The notes beneath the pieces were generated by a model, which ran no database searches, was not told the DNA's origin, and saw only the letters and a program-made list of their open reading frames with translations. Positions 22,746-35,636 of a DNA stretch of 64,000 nucleotides are shown one piece after another. The DNA is from Octopus bimaculoides (Eukaryota), in contig NC_069008.1 of the NCBI RefSeq assembly GCF_001194135.2, positions 12,751,044-12,815,043 of the forward strand, given 5' to 3'. A program made the translations under genes and the position numbers. Position 1 is the first letter of the stretch; every line of letters begins with the position of its first letter.

Positions 22746-23344
22746 TTGATAATAGAATTGATATGGGCGGAGCGTGAGCTACACTACCCAATTTTCTATA
22801 TTGATTTACATCATGATTCATTCAACACTACAGTAAATATAGTGAAGGCTACATAACATATAATCAATTAATGAAATCAGTTATTACTGTCTCACTGCTG
22901 GCTAAAATATTTACTTATATTTCTCCGTAAAATTATTATTTATGTTTCCCATCCCCAATCTATGCTTGTTGCGGCTAATCTGTACATTTCATGGTGTCGT
23001 TCAACTGGAATTAAAATTTCACATCACAGCTTAGAACATCGATATGGACGAAAACGAAACGTACTAAAAGCATCTGGACATTGTCACCTCAATATCCTCA
23101 TTCTTCATCTGTGTAATTACTTTTGAGACACACATTTAAAGTAATAGTGATGATTCATTTGTTCTTCGAACACACATGAAGCGATATCGATGCTCCGTTC
23201 TTCTTCAGAAACATATTAAGAAACAAGACACCAAACAAGATTGTACCTTCAGTCACTGTACTACATCGGTCATATATTGCAAACAGAAAAAAATTATACA
23301 ATTCCATTGTTTCTGTATTTTTAGTACAATTTTCGTAAATACAG

Positions 23345-23552
23345 TACATTCAACAGTGACTCTTTGCGTATATTAAGTAAATTTTTTTAGAAATAATACA
23401 TATTGGCTTTTCCAGGTGCTTATAAAGAGAAGCTAAGTACATGTCGTTTATGTTTCCGAGTCGGTTTTTATAACTTCTGTTGTGAAAGTTTACTTCAGAT
23501 TGAATGGCGTCAGGGAACAGGTGTAATTCGAGATATTTGTGTAGCATAACAG
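23345..23552 (+). other. Putative non-coding first exon of ZNF-A3 (donor at 23553)
   Basis: Homolog of 385-531; ends GCATAACAG|GTAAGAT. Confidence 0.65.
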
Positions 23553-23689
23553 GTAAGATATAATAATATAGATGTTTTAGCAAAAGTAGTTAAACTTGGT
23601 TAATGTGAAAATGATTTGGCGTTGCTTGTTAGACATCGTCATTAATTCTATTCTCTACCACTTGATCTAAAATCCATGGTTTAAGACAT

Positions 23690-23773
23690 AAGTGTATTCT
23701 ACTATAGCCTCGGGCCGACCAAAGCCTTGTGAGTGGATTTGATAGACAGAAACTGAAAGAAGCCCGTTGTATG

Positions 23774-23811
<38 letters not shown>

Positions 23812-23905
23812 CGTGTGTTTGTGTTTCTGTGTTTGTACCCCTACCATTGCTTGACAACCGATGCTGGTGTGTTTACGTCCCCGTAACTTAGAGGTTCGGC
23901 AACAG
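23690..23905 (+). mobile_element. SINE, central fragment
   Basis: ctactatagcctcgggccgaccaaagccttgtgagtggattt, matching 50150-50220 in reverse. Confidence 0.8.
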
Positions 23906-24336
23906 TGACCAATATACTATACATATATTTATTTGTATTAACCATTATAATATACATCTTAAAAGTAGCATGAAACATTTCACTTGTTCTGGTAAATATT
24001 TATTTCTACGGTTTATCTCTACAGGAAATATAGTAAAGTTTATACTGTTGTATTTTAAGTTTTCTCTATATCTTATACTGTCATTTTTGTACTATTTCAG
24101 AATAACAAATGACATAGGCATCAAAGAATTGTGAAATCAGAAACATCATAACTATCTTTTGGCAAAACACAAGCAAATATTTTTTCTGAACTGAGGTGGA
24201 TAAAAGTAATTCTATTCTCAACTGTCTGCGTACAAGAGGATTATGAATTCAAATTAAACTTGGATACTTTTAAAAAGGAGTTTGCAACCAGCTTCAGATA
24301 CTGAAAAATATTACAATTGTAGAAATATTTCTTTAG

Positions 24337-24692
24337 CGTGGCTGTGTGGTAAGAAGTTTGCTTCTGAACCACATGGTTCTGGGTTCAATCCCACTGCGTA
24401 CATCTTTGGCTAGTGTCTTCTAATATAATGTTGGGCTGACCAAAGCCTTGTGTGTGGATTTGGTAGACAGACACTGAAAGAAGCCTGTTGTGTGTGTGTA
24501 TATATATATTTATGTGTGTATGTCTCTATTTGTCCCCCCGCCACCATCACTTGACAACTGATGTTAGTGTGCTTATGTCCATGTAACTTAGCAGTTTGGA
24601 ATAAGTACTAGGATTGATTTCTTTGACTAAAATCCCTTGAAGGCAGTGCTCCAGCATGGCCACAGTCAAATGACTGAAACAAGTAAAAGAAT
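24337..24692 (+). mobile_element. SINE inserted in the 5' part of the ZNF-A3 last exon
   Basis: gcgtggctgtgtggtaagaag ... gactgaaacaagtaaaagaat. Absent at the homologous position in A1 (about 5390). Confidence 0.85.
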
Positions 24693-24749
24693 AAATGGAA
24701 AGAAGATAAACATGGAAAATGAACTACATGAACCTGAGTTTAGGTTTAA

Positions 24750-24948
24750 CCCTTCAGCATTCCAACTAGTTGTATCCAGCCCAGATATTCTATCTGTTTT
24801 ATGTTCAAAGCAGCCGAATCCAACCTCACACACATATCTTACAATGATATTCTAAAAATAATGAGTTATGAGACAATGCATGATTAATTTAAAACAATGT
24901 GAACAAATAAGCATTAGATTTAATAGAGTAATTTGAATGCTAAAGGTT
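24750..24948. mobile_element. piggyBac-type MITE
   Basis: TTAA|CCCTTCAGCATTC ... GAATGCTAAAGGT(T)|TTAA. Absent in A1 and A2. Confidence 0.75.
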
Positions 24949-24952
24949 TTAA

Positions 24953-25570
<618 letters not shown>

Positions 25571-25717
25571 AAAGACTGTACCAATGTCAAAATTCTGGTT
25601 GTTAAGCATAGTTTCAATAAATCCCAAATCTATTTTGTATAGTATTTAATATAACTTTATTAGTCTTTATTGTCCAAAGACATGCTGTTGCCCACTCTGA
25701 ACTCATTGTTTATATAT

Positions 25718-25887
25718 NNNNNNNNNNNNNNNNNNNNNNNNNNNNNNNNNNNNNNNNNNNNNNNNNNNNNNNNNNNNNNNNNNNNNNNNNNNNNNNNNNN
25801 NNNNNNNNNNNNNNNNNNNNNNNNNNNNNNNNNNNNNNNNNNNNNNNNNNNNNNNNNNNNNNNNNNNNNNNNNNNNNNNNNNNNNNN
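25718..25887. other. Assembly gap (N run)
   Basis: N bases. Confidence 1.
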
Positions 25888-26519
25888 NNNNNNNNNNNNN
25901 NNNNNNNATCTCTCTTATTTATTTCTCTCTATCTGTATATATATTATCTCACATGCATTGCTTTCATTTTGCTTAAAACTTTGTCTCCTGTTTACTTTCA
26001 TTTTATCACAACTATTACACACAAATCCTGTTTTCTGAATGGGTAAAAATGATCAATCTTTAAACCTCTGTAACATTTATCTATAATTTTTCTGGAATAA
26101 ATGGATCACACACTTGAATTCAGCATGAGAAAGGGCATCAATATACCAAATTTGAAAATTTTCACTTAATTTTAAAATTTCAAAATCTGTGACAGCAACA
26201 GAAAAGATGTCTATCTTCTTTCATTTTTCGCTATTTTCATGTTAAAAAATTTTCCTCTCTCTATACATTTTTACCACACTCTCCCACTCACTACTGTGTG
26301 TGTTTGTCTATATAGTGTATGCATGTGTGTGAAGAATTTCAATAGGCCAACAGACTGATTTAAAAAAAGGTGTGTAAAAGATAATTTATTTTAATAGCAT
26401 ACTTTTGTTAGTAAATATGTTTTTTCATACATACACATGGACTTGGTTGATGCAGGGTGGGGGTTCAAAATTTAATAAGAATTTTTGGTTTGTTGTTACT
26501 TATATCCCAACAATGGATA

Positions 26520-26990
26520 CCACATCATCATCATCATCATCATCATTTAACGTCCGTTTTCCATGCTGGCATGGGTTAGACGGGTTGACTGAAAACTGGT
26601 AAGCTGGGAGGCTGCACCGGGTTCCGATTTGATTTGGCAAAGTTTCTATGGCACAGTATATCACCAACCATCTTGGTCACCTGTCACTGCCTCCATGAGG
26701 CCCAACACTTAAACAGCACTTTTTATGCGTCACCAGCACAGGTGCCAGTCAGATGGCACTGGCATCGGCCATGACTACAGTTTTACTTGGTTCAACAGGT
26801 CTTCACAAGCACAGCATATCAGCTAACGACTGAAGCGTGCTTTTAACAGGCCAGTTATGTGACACTGGCATCAGCCATGACTATGATCTCACTTGGCTTG
26901 ATGGTCCTTCTCAAAGGTCTCAGTCACTTGTCATTGCCTTTGTGAGGCCCAACATTTGAAGATCATGCATCACCACTATCATCATTCCAT
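26520..26990 (-). mobile_element. RTE-type LINE 3' end
   Basis: (CAT)n tail at 26524-26546; remnant VMHDLQMLGLTKAMTSD. Confidence 0.8.
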
Positions 26991-27774
26991 AAAATGTGCT
27001 TATGCGGAGAAAAATATTGTAAAACATCAATACATGTGAGAGTAACAAAGAAACGAGGTAGCAGGTGGTCGTGGGATGTGCTAGAACAACAACTAAATGT
27101 TCTACACATATGTATGGTGAAGGATAGGAGAGCAGGTGATGCACAATTGTATGTAAACTGTTTTGCAAAATTTAAAAATTTTAGTTACTTTCCACTCGTG
27201 TTTTACCAAATATATCTGAGCTTACTTTTAGGTCTTCAGAAATACAAGCTCATATAGTGGTGAGGAATAGTGACTAGGATGTACTTCCAATCCCTTATTA
27301 ACAGTGAAATAGGATATAGTATCTTGTCAGCTCAGAAATTGTGAGAGATAAATGTTATGGTGGTTTTTGAAGGTTTACTTACTCGCACTAAAGAAATGAA
27401 ATCTCTCACAACTAAAGTTTGGAATCTATGCCTGTTAATATCTGGAAATCCAATGCTTTTGGGCTCGTATCTAGAAGCACAAACATACACACACACAATG
27501 TTCATGACTTCTATAAAGCTGGACCAACAAACCTCTCATCCACAAAAGAAAGAAATTTAGTTCATCATCCTCAGACACAGCATAAAGCATTGGGTATGAT
27601 TTCAATATGACATGCTATGGGGGAGAGGAAATAGATACCAGGAACACCCTGCTTTTTCTTTTAATCTTTTCTCAATTTCCCTTTAGAGCTTATTCAAATT
27701 TTAATTCCAACTTCAGCTGTAATATTTTTAAGCTTTCACTTATGTACTTTAACAGGATCAATTAATTGATGCAA

Positions 27775-28855
27775 TGTTATTACCAGTTCAAATGTGCCAG
27801 TAGCTTGTTTGGACTTGTAAACAAGGCATTCACTGTGTTTTGTCATGGAGAAATTTCTTTCTCACTGTAGACAAATGCTGTAAATACACCCAAATCAGCA
27901 CATAGTGCCACCTATCCTGACTGTGAGCTACAAGCATTTCAGAGTGGTTCTCTTCTCTTCAGTCACAGAAACTGAATGTTATGCTATTCCAGTCAACATA
28001 TGTTGGCTGGTTGTGCAGATTGACGGCTCGTCGATTAAATTATGGATTGGGAATGCTAAGCAATGATATGTATAAATGCAATATTATGACCAGTTTGGAT
28101 ATGTGAATAGCACGTTTGGACTCATAAGCAAGCTATTCACTGTTTTGTCATGGAGAAAATGTTTTGCTGTAGATGAACTGTGTCTACAAATAGCTTGTTT
28201 ACAAGTCTGAATGTGCTACTGACATATTCCAACTGGTAATAACATTTCATTTATACACATCACTTGTTCGCACTCCCACCCTATAATTTAATTATGATGA
28301 ACCATTGATTTGTGCAACCAGCTGATGTATGTTGACTGGAACGACATAAACTATCTCTCTTACCTGCTTGTGCCACTGTCCAGTTTCTGTGACTGAAGAG
28401 GAAATGACCATTCCAAGATGCTTGCATCTTACAGTCTGGATAGATTGAGCTGCGAGCTGACTTAGGTGTGTTTTTACTGCATCTGCAGTTATACATATAA
28501 TTTGAATTAAGAATTTCTGATTGAAAATAAAGTAAAATAAATAGTTGATATATGCAGAAGGTTATATAATTGGTTTTTTGGTAAAATTTAAAAAATTTGT
28601 TCTTATTTGGCTTCTTTATCATTGATACTTTGAAATTTTAAAAGTAAACAAGGATTAGACACCCCATTATTTTTTTAGTGTTAAAGTCGATTTATTTTAC
28701 CTGATATTATAATGATAATTAATTGTTATTAGTTATTGACCATTTGTCTATAGTGAGAAATTTTCTCCATGACAAAACACAGTGAATGGCTTATTTACAA
28801 GTCTGAATGTGCTATTGGTATATTCAAACTGGTAATAACATTATATTTATACATA
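27775..28855. repeat. Foldback / long inverted-repeat element
   Basis: 27775-27880 is an imperfect reverse complement of 28740-28855, with additional partial copies at 28130-28270. Confidence 0.65.
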
Positions 28856-29139
28856 TCACTACTTAATGCTCCCACTCAGCAATTAATTAATATCTTTCCT
28901 GTGCAAGCATTTTTCTTGCTAGTCCAGATAAAGAAAAAAATGTATTTGTTATTGAGACAAAACTTAGAAATTATAAAATCTAAAACAGTTGATGTTTTTT
29001 TTTCCACCCGTATAAATTGACACAAAAATAAACTACATAAAAGAAAATTTCCAATGCCAAATCCAAGATGAAGGAGAAAAATACCAATAAAGCAGCAGTA
29101 GAGAAATTAAATAATGTCAGTTAGAAAGCTGTACAATAT

Positions 29140-29390
29140 ATATGAGTCAACCAGTTTGAGGCAGAAGAGGTCGTCACATTCATATTCTTGTGAAACGCAT
29201 TGAGCACAGCACAAATCTCTTTGTAGATGAAGCCCAAGATGTACTCAACGAATGACAAACTAAGCATCAGGTGGCCAACTGGGTGATGTCTTGGAGTTTG
29301 TCATGTAGACTCTTGTGATTAAGCTTGGTGTCTTCCTTGTCCAGTTCTTTGCTGCTCTTGCTTCATCCAGACATGATGATCAGGAGGAGA
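29140..29390 (-). mobile_element. Possible RLE-type LINE C-terminal remnant
   Basis: Weak: VEYILGFIYKEICAVL...SSASNWL resembles the VEVG.xGF...AS.WLW end of HERO-like elements. Confidence 0.3.
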
Positions 29391-30589
29391 GTGAGAGAAA
29401 AACAAGTAGTAAATAGCTATGTTGAGAAATGTTTTTTATAAAGAATAAATTACCAAAAAACAAAAACAGTTTAATAAAATTTGTAATTTCAAAAAAAAAT
29501 GTTTTGAAATGCAAATAATACGTTTAACCAGTATTGCTTCATAATTTTCAGATTTTCAGTTCGATGCTAAGAAGTCACATTGTCTTACTTATTTGTTGGT
29601 AAGCTGGCTAAGTCACTGAATTTGAACCGTTTAGCTTGACTGTGACTGGAACTCGACTTTTACATGTAACTGACACTTAACTCCAACTGAGAACTTGTAC
29701 GACTGACATACAACTCCCTTTACTGGCTGATGTCATGTCACTTTATAGTGGCTACATCATACCACTTGTCCCATTGCTACTACAACACTTTCCTTTTGGA
29801 TCTTTCGATTATCAATTCAAATTCTGCTAAGACTAATGTGGCCTTTCATCCTCTCATAGTTGTAACATCTTGACATTTTTGTCAAATGAGGTACAGGCAT
29901 ACAAGTGAACTATCAGCTATGTGGACACATTTCTCTCCTATGACAGCAATATTCTCTCAGTGTCCTGCAATTTAAAACACTTCAAGTCTCTAGTCCTCAT
30001 ATTGCAGAACGTTGGCAAACCTCATCTGTGCTTCCCCACTGGCTAAATATACCTGTCTCCTTCATAACAGTAACATATAGTTTGAAGTAGATAAGCAAAT
30101 ACTCTTTTAGCCATCATCTAACCTCTCTTCTGAGGATCAAATACTCGATCTGGCTAATTACTGTGCCAGCAACTACAACTCTTTACATAGAAAACAAACA
30201 AAATGAAAATACATGCATCTTAAATGCTTTGACAGAGCTTTTTCTAAATCTTCCAAAATATCATGGAGTAAAAATAATGGAAATATGTTAATTTGCCCTT
30301 AATTAAATTAAGTAGTTTGAACATTTTTATATAAATCTTTTGATATTTACACCTATTTATTCAATTTTTTGCTGAGATGCTAGTTTCAGTTTTTTTCTTT
30401 TACTTTTAATTAGCATTTCGAAAACATCAGGAAATATAACTATTATTCTGCTATGTGTAAAACTAACCACAATGAGGATGTTTTGAAATGTTGATTATTG
30501 TGTATTAAAAATCTACGTGAGAGAGGATGCAATCCACTATTAAACCCAAAATCCCTTTTCTGTCGACTAGTTTAACTACAGGATGCCCC

Positions 30590-30870
30590 CCCCCCCCCAA
30601 AGGACATGGCAACAAGATGGAGCAAAGGCCCATAGAGCCAAGGACACTATTACCTGGCCCAGAGCCAATACTCCTGACTTCATTGAACCTAACGAATGAC
30701 CCTCAAACACTTCAGATCTCAGCGTAATGGATTTTACTATGTGTGGCTTACTACTACATCAACTTCAGTTAGAGAGGAGAGAGGTGAGACATACAATACT
30801 TAAAAACTATGTTGGTGGAAGCTTGGAACTATATCCTGTTTGCTGTTATTCAAAGGGCGACTGGAAGTTG
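30590..30870 (+). mobile_element. Tc1/mariner (maT/DD37D-like) transposase fragment
   Basis: TWQQDGAKAHRAKDTITWPRANTPDFIEPNE*PSNTSDLSVMDF, resembling FQQDGAPAH...WPPxSPDLNPMD. Absent from the paralogous blocks at 39560 and 49770. Confidence 0.7.
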
Positions 30871-31514
30871 GCTAGATCGTCTACGTCGTTGTGCAATAAA
30901 AGTCCTCGTCTACAGTTTGTCTCTTGCAAATTAACGGGCAGGCGTAGTAATCTGCCATCTATGTCTGAGGTAGCTAGTGTGCGGTCAATCGTACTGCCTC
31001 GCTCATAGATGTGTAGCGTACGCTACAGACGTACGGACTCACCACTGCAGAAGAGAAAAGAGTGTGCCCTTTTTGCAATCAGTCAGTCAGCCAGCCGAAA
31101 ACTTCGACGTCATTACCGTCAGCAAACAGATACCATGACCGCCGGCGAACAGATCTTCACATTTCACACCAGCCTTTGTTCCACCGGTTACAGCTTGTTC
31201 GTTTTTCTTACATCCTTAGCACTGTAACTTCTGACCTACTTGTGCAATTGTAAGTTTTTATGGCTTCGCTCTGACTCTCTCTCTCTCTATATATATACGC
31301 TCACTTTGCTCAGCACTTGTCAACAATCCCAAATAAATTACTATGCTATGTTAACAAAATCCGAAATTTTTTTTAAAAAAATGCATTTTTCAAGGAGAGG
31401 TTCGATTCTGCATTAGCCAGTCTTCTGACATTTATTCCTGCATACACTTTTTTCCACGTTATATTCGGAAATTGTTACATTCGAAGACTCGGTTTTAATT
31501 TATGCCTTTTGCAA

Positions 31515-31675
31515 GTTTCAATTGGCAACTCTTTCCTTCTACCGGAGAATTTAAGAAATACACAGCATATAAAGGGGGACAACTTCATTCTTTGTCCGAT
31601 GTATATGATAGGCAAGAGGTCGATTGAATTGTTGCTGATAGCGCACTGACTAATTGCATGTGAAGAACGGTAAGT
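31515..31675 (+). promoter_or_regulatory. Putative core promoter and first exon of ZNF-B1
   Basis: ATTGG (reverse CCAAT) 31521-31525, TATAAAGGGG at 31568, donor AACG|GTAAGT at 31670. Conserved at 39800-39965 and 50788-50935. Confidence 0.65.
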
Positions 31676-32224
31676 TGACAAAGATTTACTTGAATAATCT
31701 GTAATAATGTATGTGAGAGAATTGTTATACAGTGAATCCTTCAACAAGTGAAAAACACCTGACAACATTGATACAAAGATATTTGCTCTCGGAAGTCCTC
31801 GTTTTGTTGACTTTTACAGGATAATACTTCCAGACTGAAATATCGATCTGTTATTCTTAGACGCATGCCATTGTTACATGTGAAATAATATAACGAGATA
31901 AATATTTGATAGATTATTTTTATATTCCGAAATCATGGTTTAAGCAGCTCATATAACTCCTTATAACTCTTATTTTTTGGAATTCCTGAGAAAATTTTTG
32001 CGAGTTTGTATTCTCATGGAAATCGATATGGTTATGCGACAATCAAAGGAAAAAGAATTGCTGGAGAGTGATTTAAGAACAGCTATCTGCTGTTCATTTT
32101 AGCCCATCTTCCCCTTCTACTTCTTGTTTGTCAGTCTTATTTTTCAATGTCTTCTTCCCATAAACACATTTAGGCATAACTACAGCTGTGGGTACTCCGA
32201 GAGGATCATTAAGAAGAGTGGACT

Positions 32225-32740
32225 CGCGCTAGTCACATGGCTGCGAGTATACAGATGTGTAACCGCACCGACTTTGTTGCCTCATAACTTCCAGAAAAAT
32301 GGATATTTTAAACGAAATTTTCAACAAATACCGTTTAGATGCTGTGAATTCAGAGTATATAGAGATTCATGGGAAATAATTTTTGGGAGGGGTGGAGACG
32401 AATTTCGGAAAATTCACGTTCCGACTTGTTTTTCTCATAACTTTCTGGAAAATGGCGAGCTTTTTAATGAAATTTTATACAAATATCTTTCAAACGGCAT
32501 AGATTACGATTATAAAGAAATTTGCGTGGAGTTTCGGATCAGGAAGACCAAATTAGTTGGAACTACTCCGTTTTGATGGAGATTTTCCCCAGTTTTTTTT
32601 CATTTCACCTCTGCCTTCGAAATGACCTGCTAAACTTGCTGCAAAACCCTTATTTTTGTTCGGAAAAAGGGGGTGGGTGGAAATCTGAACCCCCACCCTA
32701 TCTCGGAATCATTGGAAATTTTTTTCTTTGAATGATTTCC
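32225..32740. repeat. Unclassified non-autonomous element with internal repeated subunits
   Basis: Two cataact..gaaaa(a)tgg..tttt(t)aa(c/t)gaaatttt..caaata units; related to 1075-1190 and 19560-19760. Confidence 0.5.
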
Positions 32741-32759
32741 GGTGACCTCCTAATATGCC

Positions 32760-32995
32760 ACAAAACCCTAGCTGTGGCCAGTGCCCCAGACTGGCTCCTG
32801 TGCCAGTGGCATGTAAAAAGCACCCACTACACTCTTGGAGTTGTTGGTATTAGGAAGGGCATCCAGCTGTAGAAACATTGCTAGATCTGATTGGAGCCTG
32901 GTGCAGCCTCCTGGCTTGCCAGTCCCCAGTCAAACCGTCCAACCCATTTCAGCATGGAAAGGGGACGTTAAACGATAATGATGAGGATGATGACT
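32760..32995 (+). mobile_element. RTE-type LINE 3' end
   Basis: ggaagggcatccagctgtagaaac ... gacgttaaacgataatgatgaggatgatg. Confidence 0.8.
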
Positions 32996-33189
32996 TTCTT
33001 TCTAACTTCTTCCCTGTTTTCCACCACCCTTCTTCACTCATATATTCTGATGGAGAACAGAGACCTGAATGACTCATTCCTGTTCAAGCAGGAAAACGTG
33101 TCCCTCTAGTTGTGTTTCTGACTTTTTCTATTTTTCATTATGCATGTTCAGTACATATTTTTCTCTGTCTGTCTGTCTGTATGTATGTA

Positions 33190-33480
33190 TCATCTTCACC
33201 AGCATTTAACGTCTGTTGTCCATGCTGGAAAAGGGTGGACAGTTTGACCAGGGCTGGTAAGCTGGAAGGCTGCACCAGACTCCAGTTTCATTTGGCATTG
33301 GTTTTCTACAGCTGGTTGCCCTTCTTAATGCCAACCATTCTGAGAGTGTAATGAGTGCTTTTATGTGCCATTTGTGTGACACCAGTATCTGTTACGACTG
33401 TGATTTTGCTCGGTTTGATGGGTCTTCTTCTCAAGCACAATATAATGCCAAAGGTCTTGGTCATTGCCCAACACTCTGAA
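33190..33480 (-). mobile_element. RTE-type LINE 3' end
   Basis: catttaacgtctgttgtccatgctgg ... cttctcaagcacaatataatgccaaaggtc. Confidence 0.7.
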
Positions 33481-33548
33481 GGAGCTCAGCTGCTTTGCCT
33501 CCATATACAATATCATATATGTATATACACATATACATGCATGCACAC

Positions 33549-34095
33549 NNNNNNNNNNNNNNNNNNNNNNNNNNNNNNNNNNNNNNNNNNNNNNNNNNNN
33601 NNNNNNNNNNNNNNNNNNNNNNNNNNNNNNNNNNNNNNNNNNNNNNNNNNNNNNNNNNNNNNNNNNNNNNNNNNNNNNNNNNNNNNNNNNNNNNNNNNNN
33701 NNNNNNNNNNNNNNNNNNNNNNNNNNNNNNNNNNNNNNNNNNNNNNNNNNNNNNNNNNNNNNNNNNNNNNNNNNNNNNNNNNNNNNNNNNNNNNNNNNNN
33801 NNNNNNNNNNNNNNNNNNNNNNNNNNNNNNNNNNNNNNNNNNNNNNNNNNNNNNNNNNNNNNNNNNNNNNNNNNNNNNNNNNNNNNNNNNNNNNNNNNNN
33901 NNNNNNNNNNNNNNNNNNNNNNNNNNNNNNNNNNNNNNNNNNNNNNNNNNNNNNNNNNNNNNNNNNNNNNNNNNNNNNNNNNNNNNNNNNNNNNNNNNNN
34001 NNNNNNNNNNNNNNNNNNNNNNNNNNNNNNNNNNNNNNNNNNNNNNNNNNNNNNNNNNNNNNNNNNNNNNNNNNNNNNNNNNNNNNNNNNNNNNN
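33549..34095. other. Assembly gap (N run) covering the acceptor, 5' UTR and start codon of ZNF-B1
   Basis: N bases; sequence resumes at A GAG AAA CCA (K-E-K-P). Confidence 1.
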
Positions 34096-34972
34096 AGAGA
34101 AACCACAATCAAGATATCAGTGCAATATCTGTAAAACGTTTTTCACTTACAAACATAGTTTAACTACACACAAACGTATACATACAGGAGAGAAGCCATT
34201 TCACTGTGATATCTGTGGTGAATCATTCTCTGTTCGAAGTGACTTAACTAATCACGAACGTATTCATTCTGGAAAGAGGCTATTTCACTGTGATATCTGT
34301 GGTAAATTATGCTCTTGTGGGAGTGCCTTAATATCTCACAAGCGTATTCATACAGGAGAGAAACCATTTCACTGTGATATCTGTGGTAAATCGTTTCTTT
34401 TCAAAAGTTCTGTAGCTCCTCACAAGCGTATTCATACTGGAGAGAAGCCATTTCAATGTGATATCTGTGGTAAATCATTCACTGTTGGAAGTGCCTTAAT
34501 AACTCACAAGCGTATTCATACAGGAGAGAAACCGTTTCACTGTGATATCTGTGGTGAATCATTCTCTCGAAGTAGGAATTTAACTGATCACAAGCGTATT
34601 CATACTGGGGAGAAGCCATTTCACTGTGATATCTGTGGTAACTCATTCTATCGAAATAGGACTTTAACTGATCACAAGCGTATTCATACAGGAGAGAAAC
34701 CATATCAGTGTGATATCTGTGGTAAATCATTCTCTCAAAGTAGGACTTTAACTGATCACAAACGTATTCACACAGGAGAGAAACCATATCAGTGTGATAT
34801 CTGTGGTAAATCATTCTCTCAAAGTAATGTTTTAACCAAACACAAACGTATTCATACTGGGGATAAACCATATCAGTGTGGTATCTGTGGTAAATCATTC
34901 TCTGTAAAAAGTAAATTAATTATGCACAAACGTGTTCCCACAGGGGAGAATCTTTATGATTGTGCTATCTAG
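34096..34972 (+). CDS. C2H2 zinc-finger protein ZNF-B1, 5' partial; 10 fingers, last with His->Pro
   Basis: [22 protein letters not shown] matches the B2/B3 N-termini ([11 protein letters not shown]). The 502-aa ORF call through the Ns is an artefact. Confidence 0.88.
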
Positions 34973-35331
34973 GGTAAATCATTCTCTTGAAACTGTCTCT
35001 CAAATAGACATGTATGTGTACAAAAGTGTGACTATATTGTCAGAGATCATTGCATCTCATAACAACCAACGTTTTCAGATCTGTTTCTCTGATAAATCAG
35101 GAAATGGCAGTGTGATTTTTAACAGTAATCCATAAACTCTTCACTATAATCATACTCATTGTTCTATCTTTGAGGTTGTATTTTATTCCATATTCTTTGT
35201 AGCACTTTTAGAAACCTCTTACAACATACAAGGAATGTGGTATTCTATCTGTATCTAGTTTTAAAATAAAACTGCATAGAAATACTCTGTCAAAATTGAT
35301 TCTAAAAATACTTATTAAATGTAACTAAAGT

Positions 35332-35636
35332 GGAGGCACATGGCCTAGTGGTTAGAGCAGCGAACTTGCGGTCAAGGGATCGCAGGTTCGAATCTCAGAC
35401 CAGGTGATGCGTGTGTTTATGAGCGAAACACCTAAATTCTAAGCGGCTCTGGCAGAAGGTAATGGTGATCTTCTGCTGTCTCTTTCGCCACAACTTTCCC
35501 TCATTCTTTCCTCCTGCATCTAGCAGCTCACCTGCGACAAACCGCGTCCCATCCAGGTGGGAAACCTATTCGCAAATGAAACCGGGAAACCAATCCTTAT
35601 GAGCTGAGCATGGCTCAAGAAGGAACAAACAACAAC
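35332..35636 (+). mobile_element. tRNA-derived SINE (same head as 20969, different tail)
   Basis: A box TGGCCTAGTGG, B box GTTCGAATC, (CAA)n end. AATGTAAC is repeated at 35318 and 35637. Confidence 0.8.

Noticed and set aside
33355-34163. Long ORFs spanning N runs (also 2890-3604, 11791-12345, 25670-26038, 54735-55276)
   Set aside because: Ns contain no stop codons, so these are artefacts. The N-terminal MPNTLKEL.. of the 502-aa call is RTE-derived and not part of ZNF-B1.
34479-34898. Antisense ORFs over the ZNF arrays (34479-34898, 43060-43605, 43627-43866, 57098-57469, 57554-57967, 24978-25208) with [13 protein letters not shown] repeats
   Set aside because: Shadow frames produced by the stereotyped 84-bp finger codons. 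They have no independent start context or conservation beyond the sense-strand constraint.
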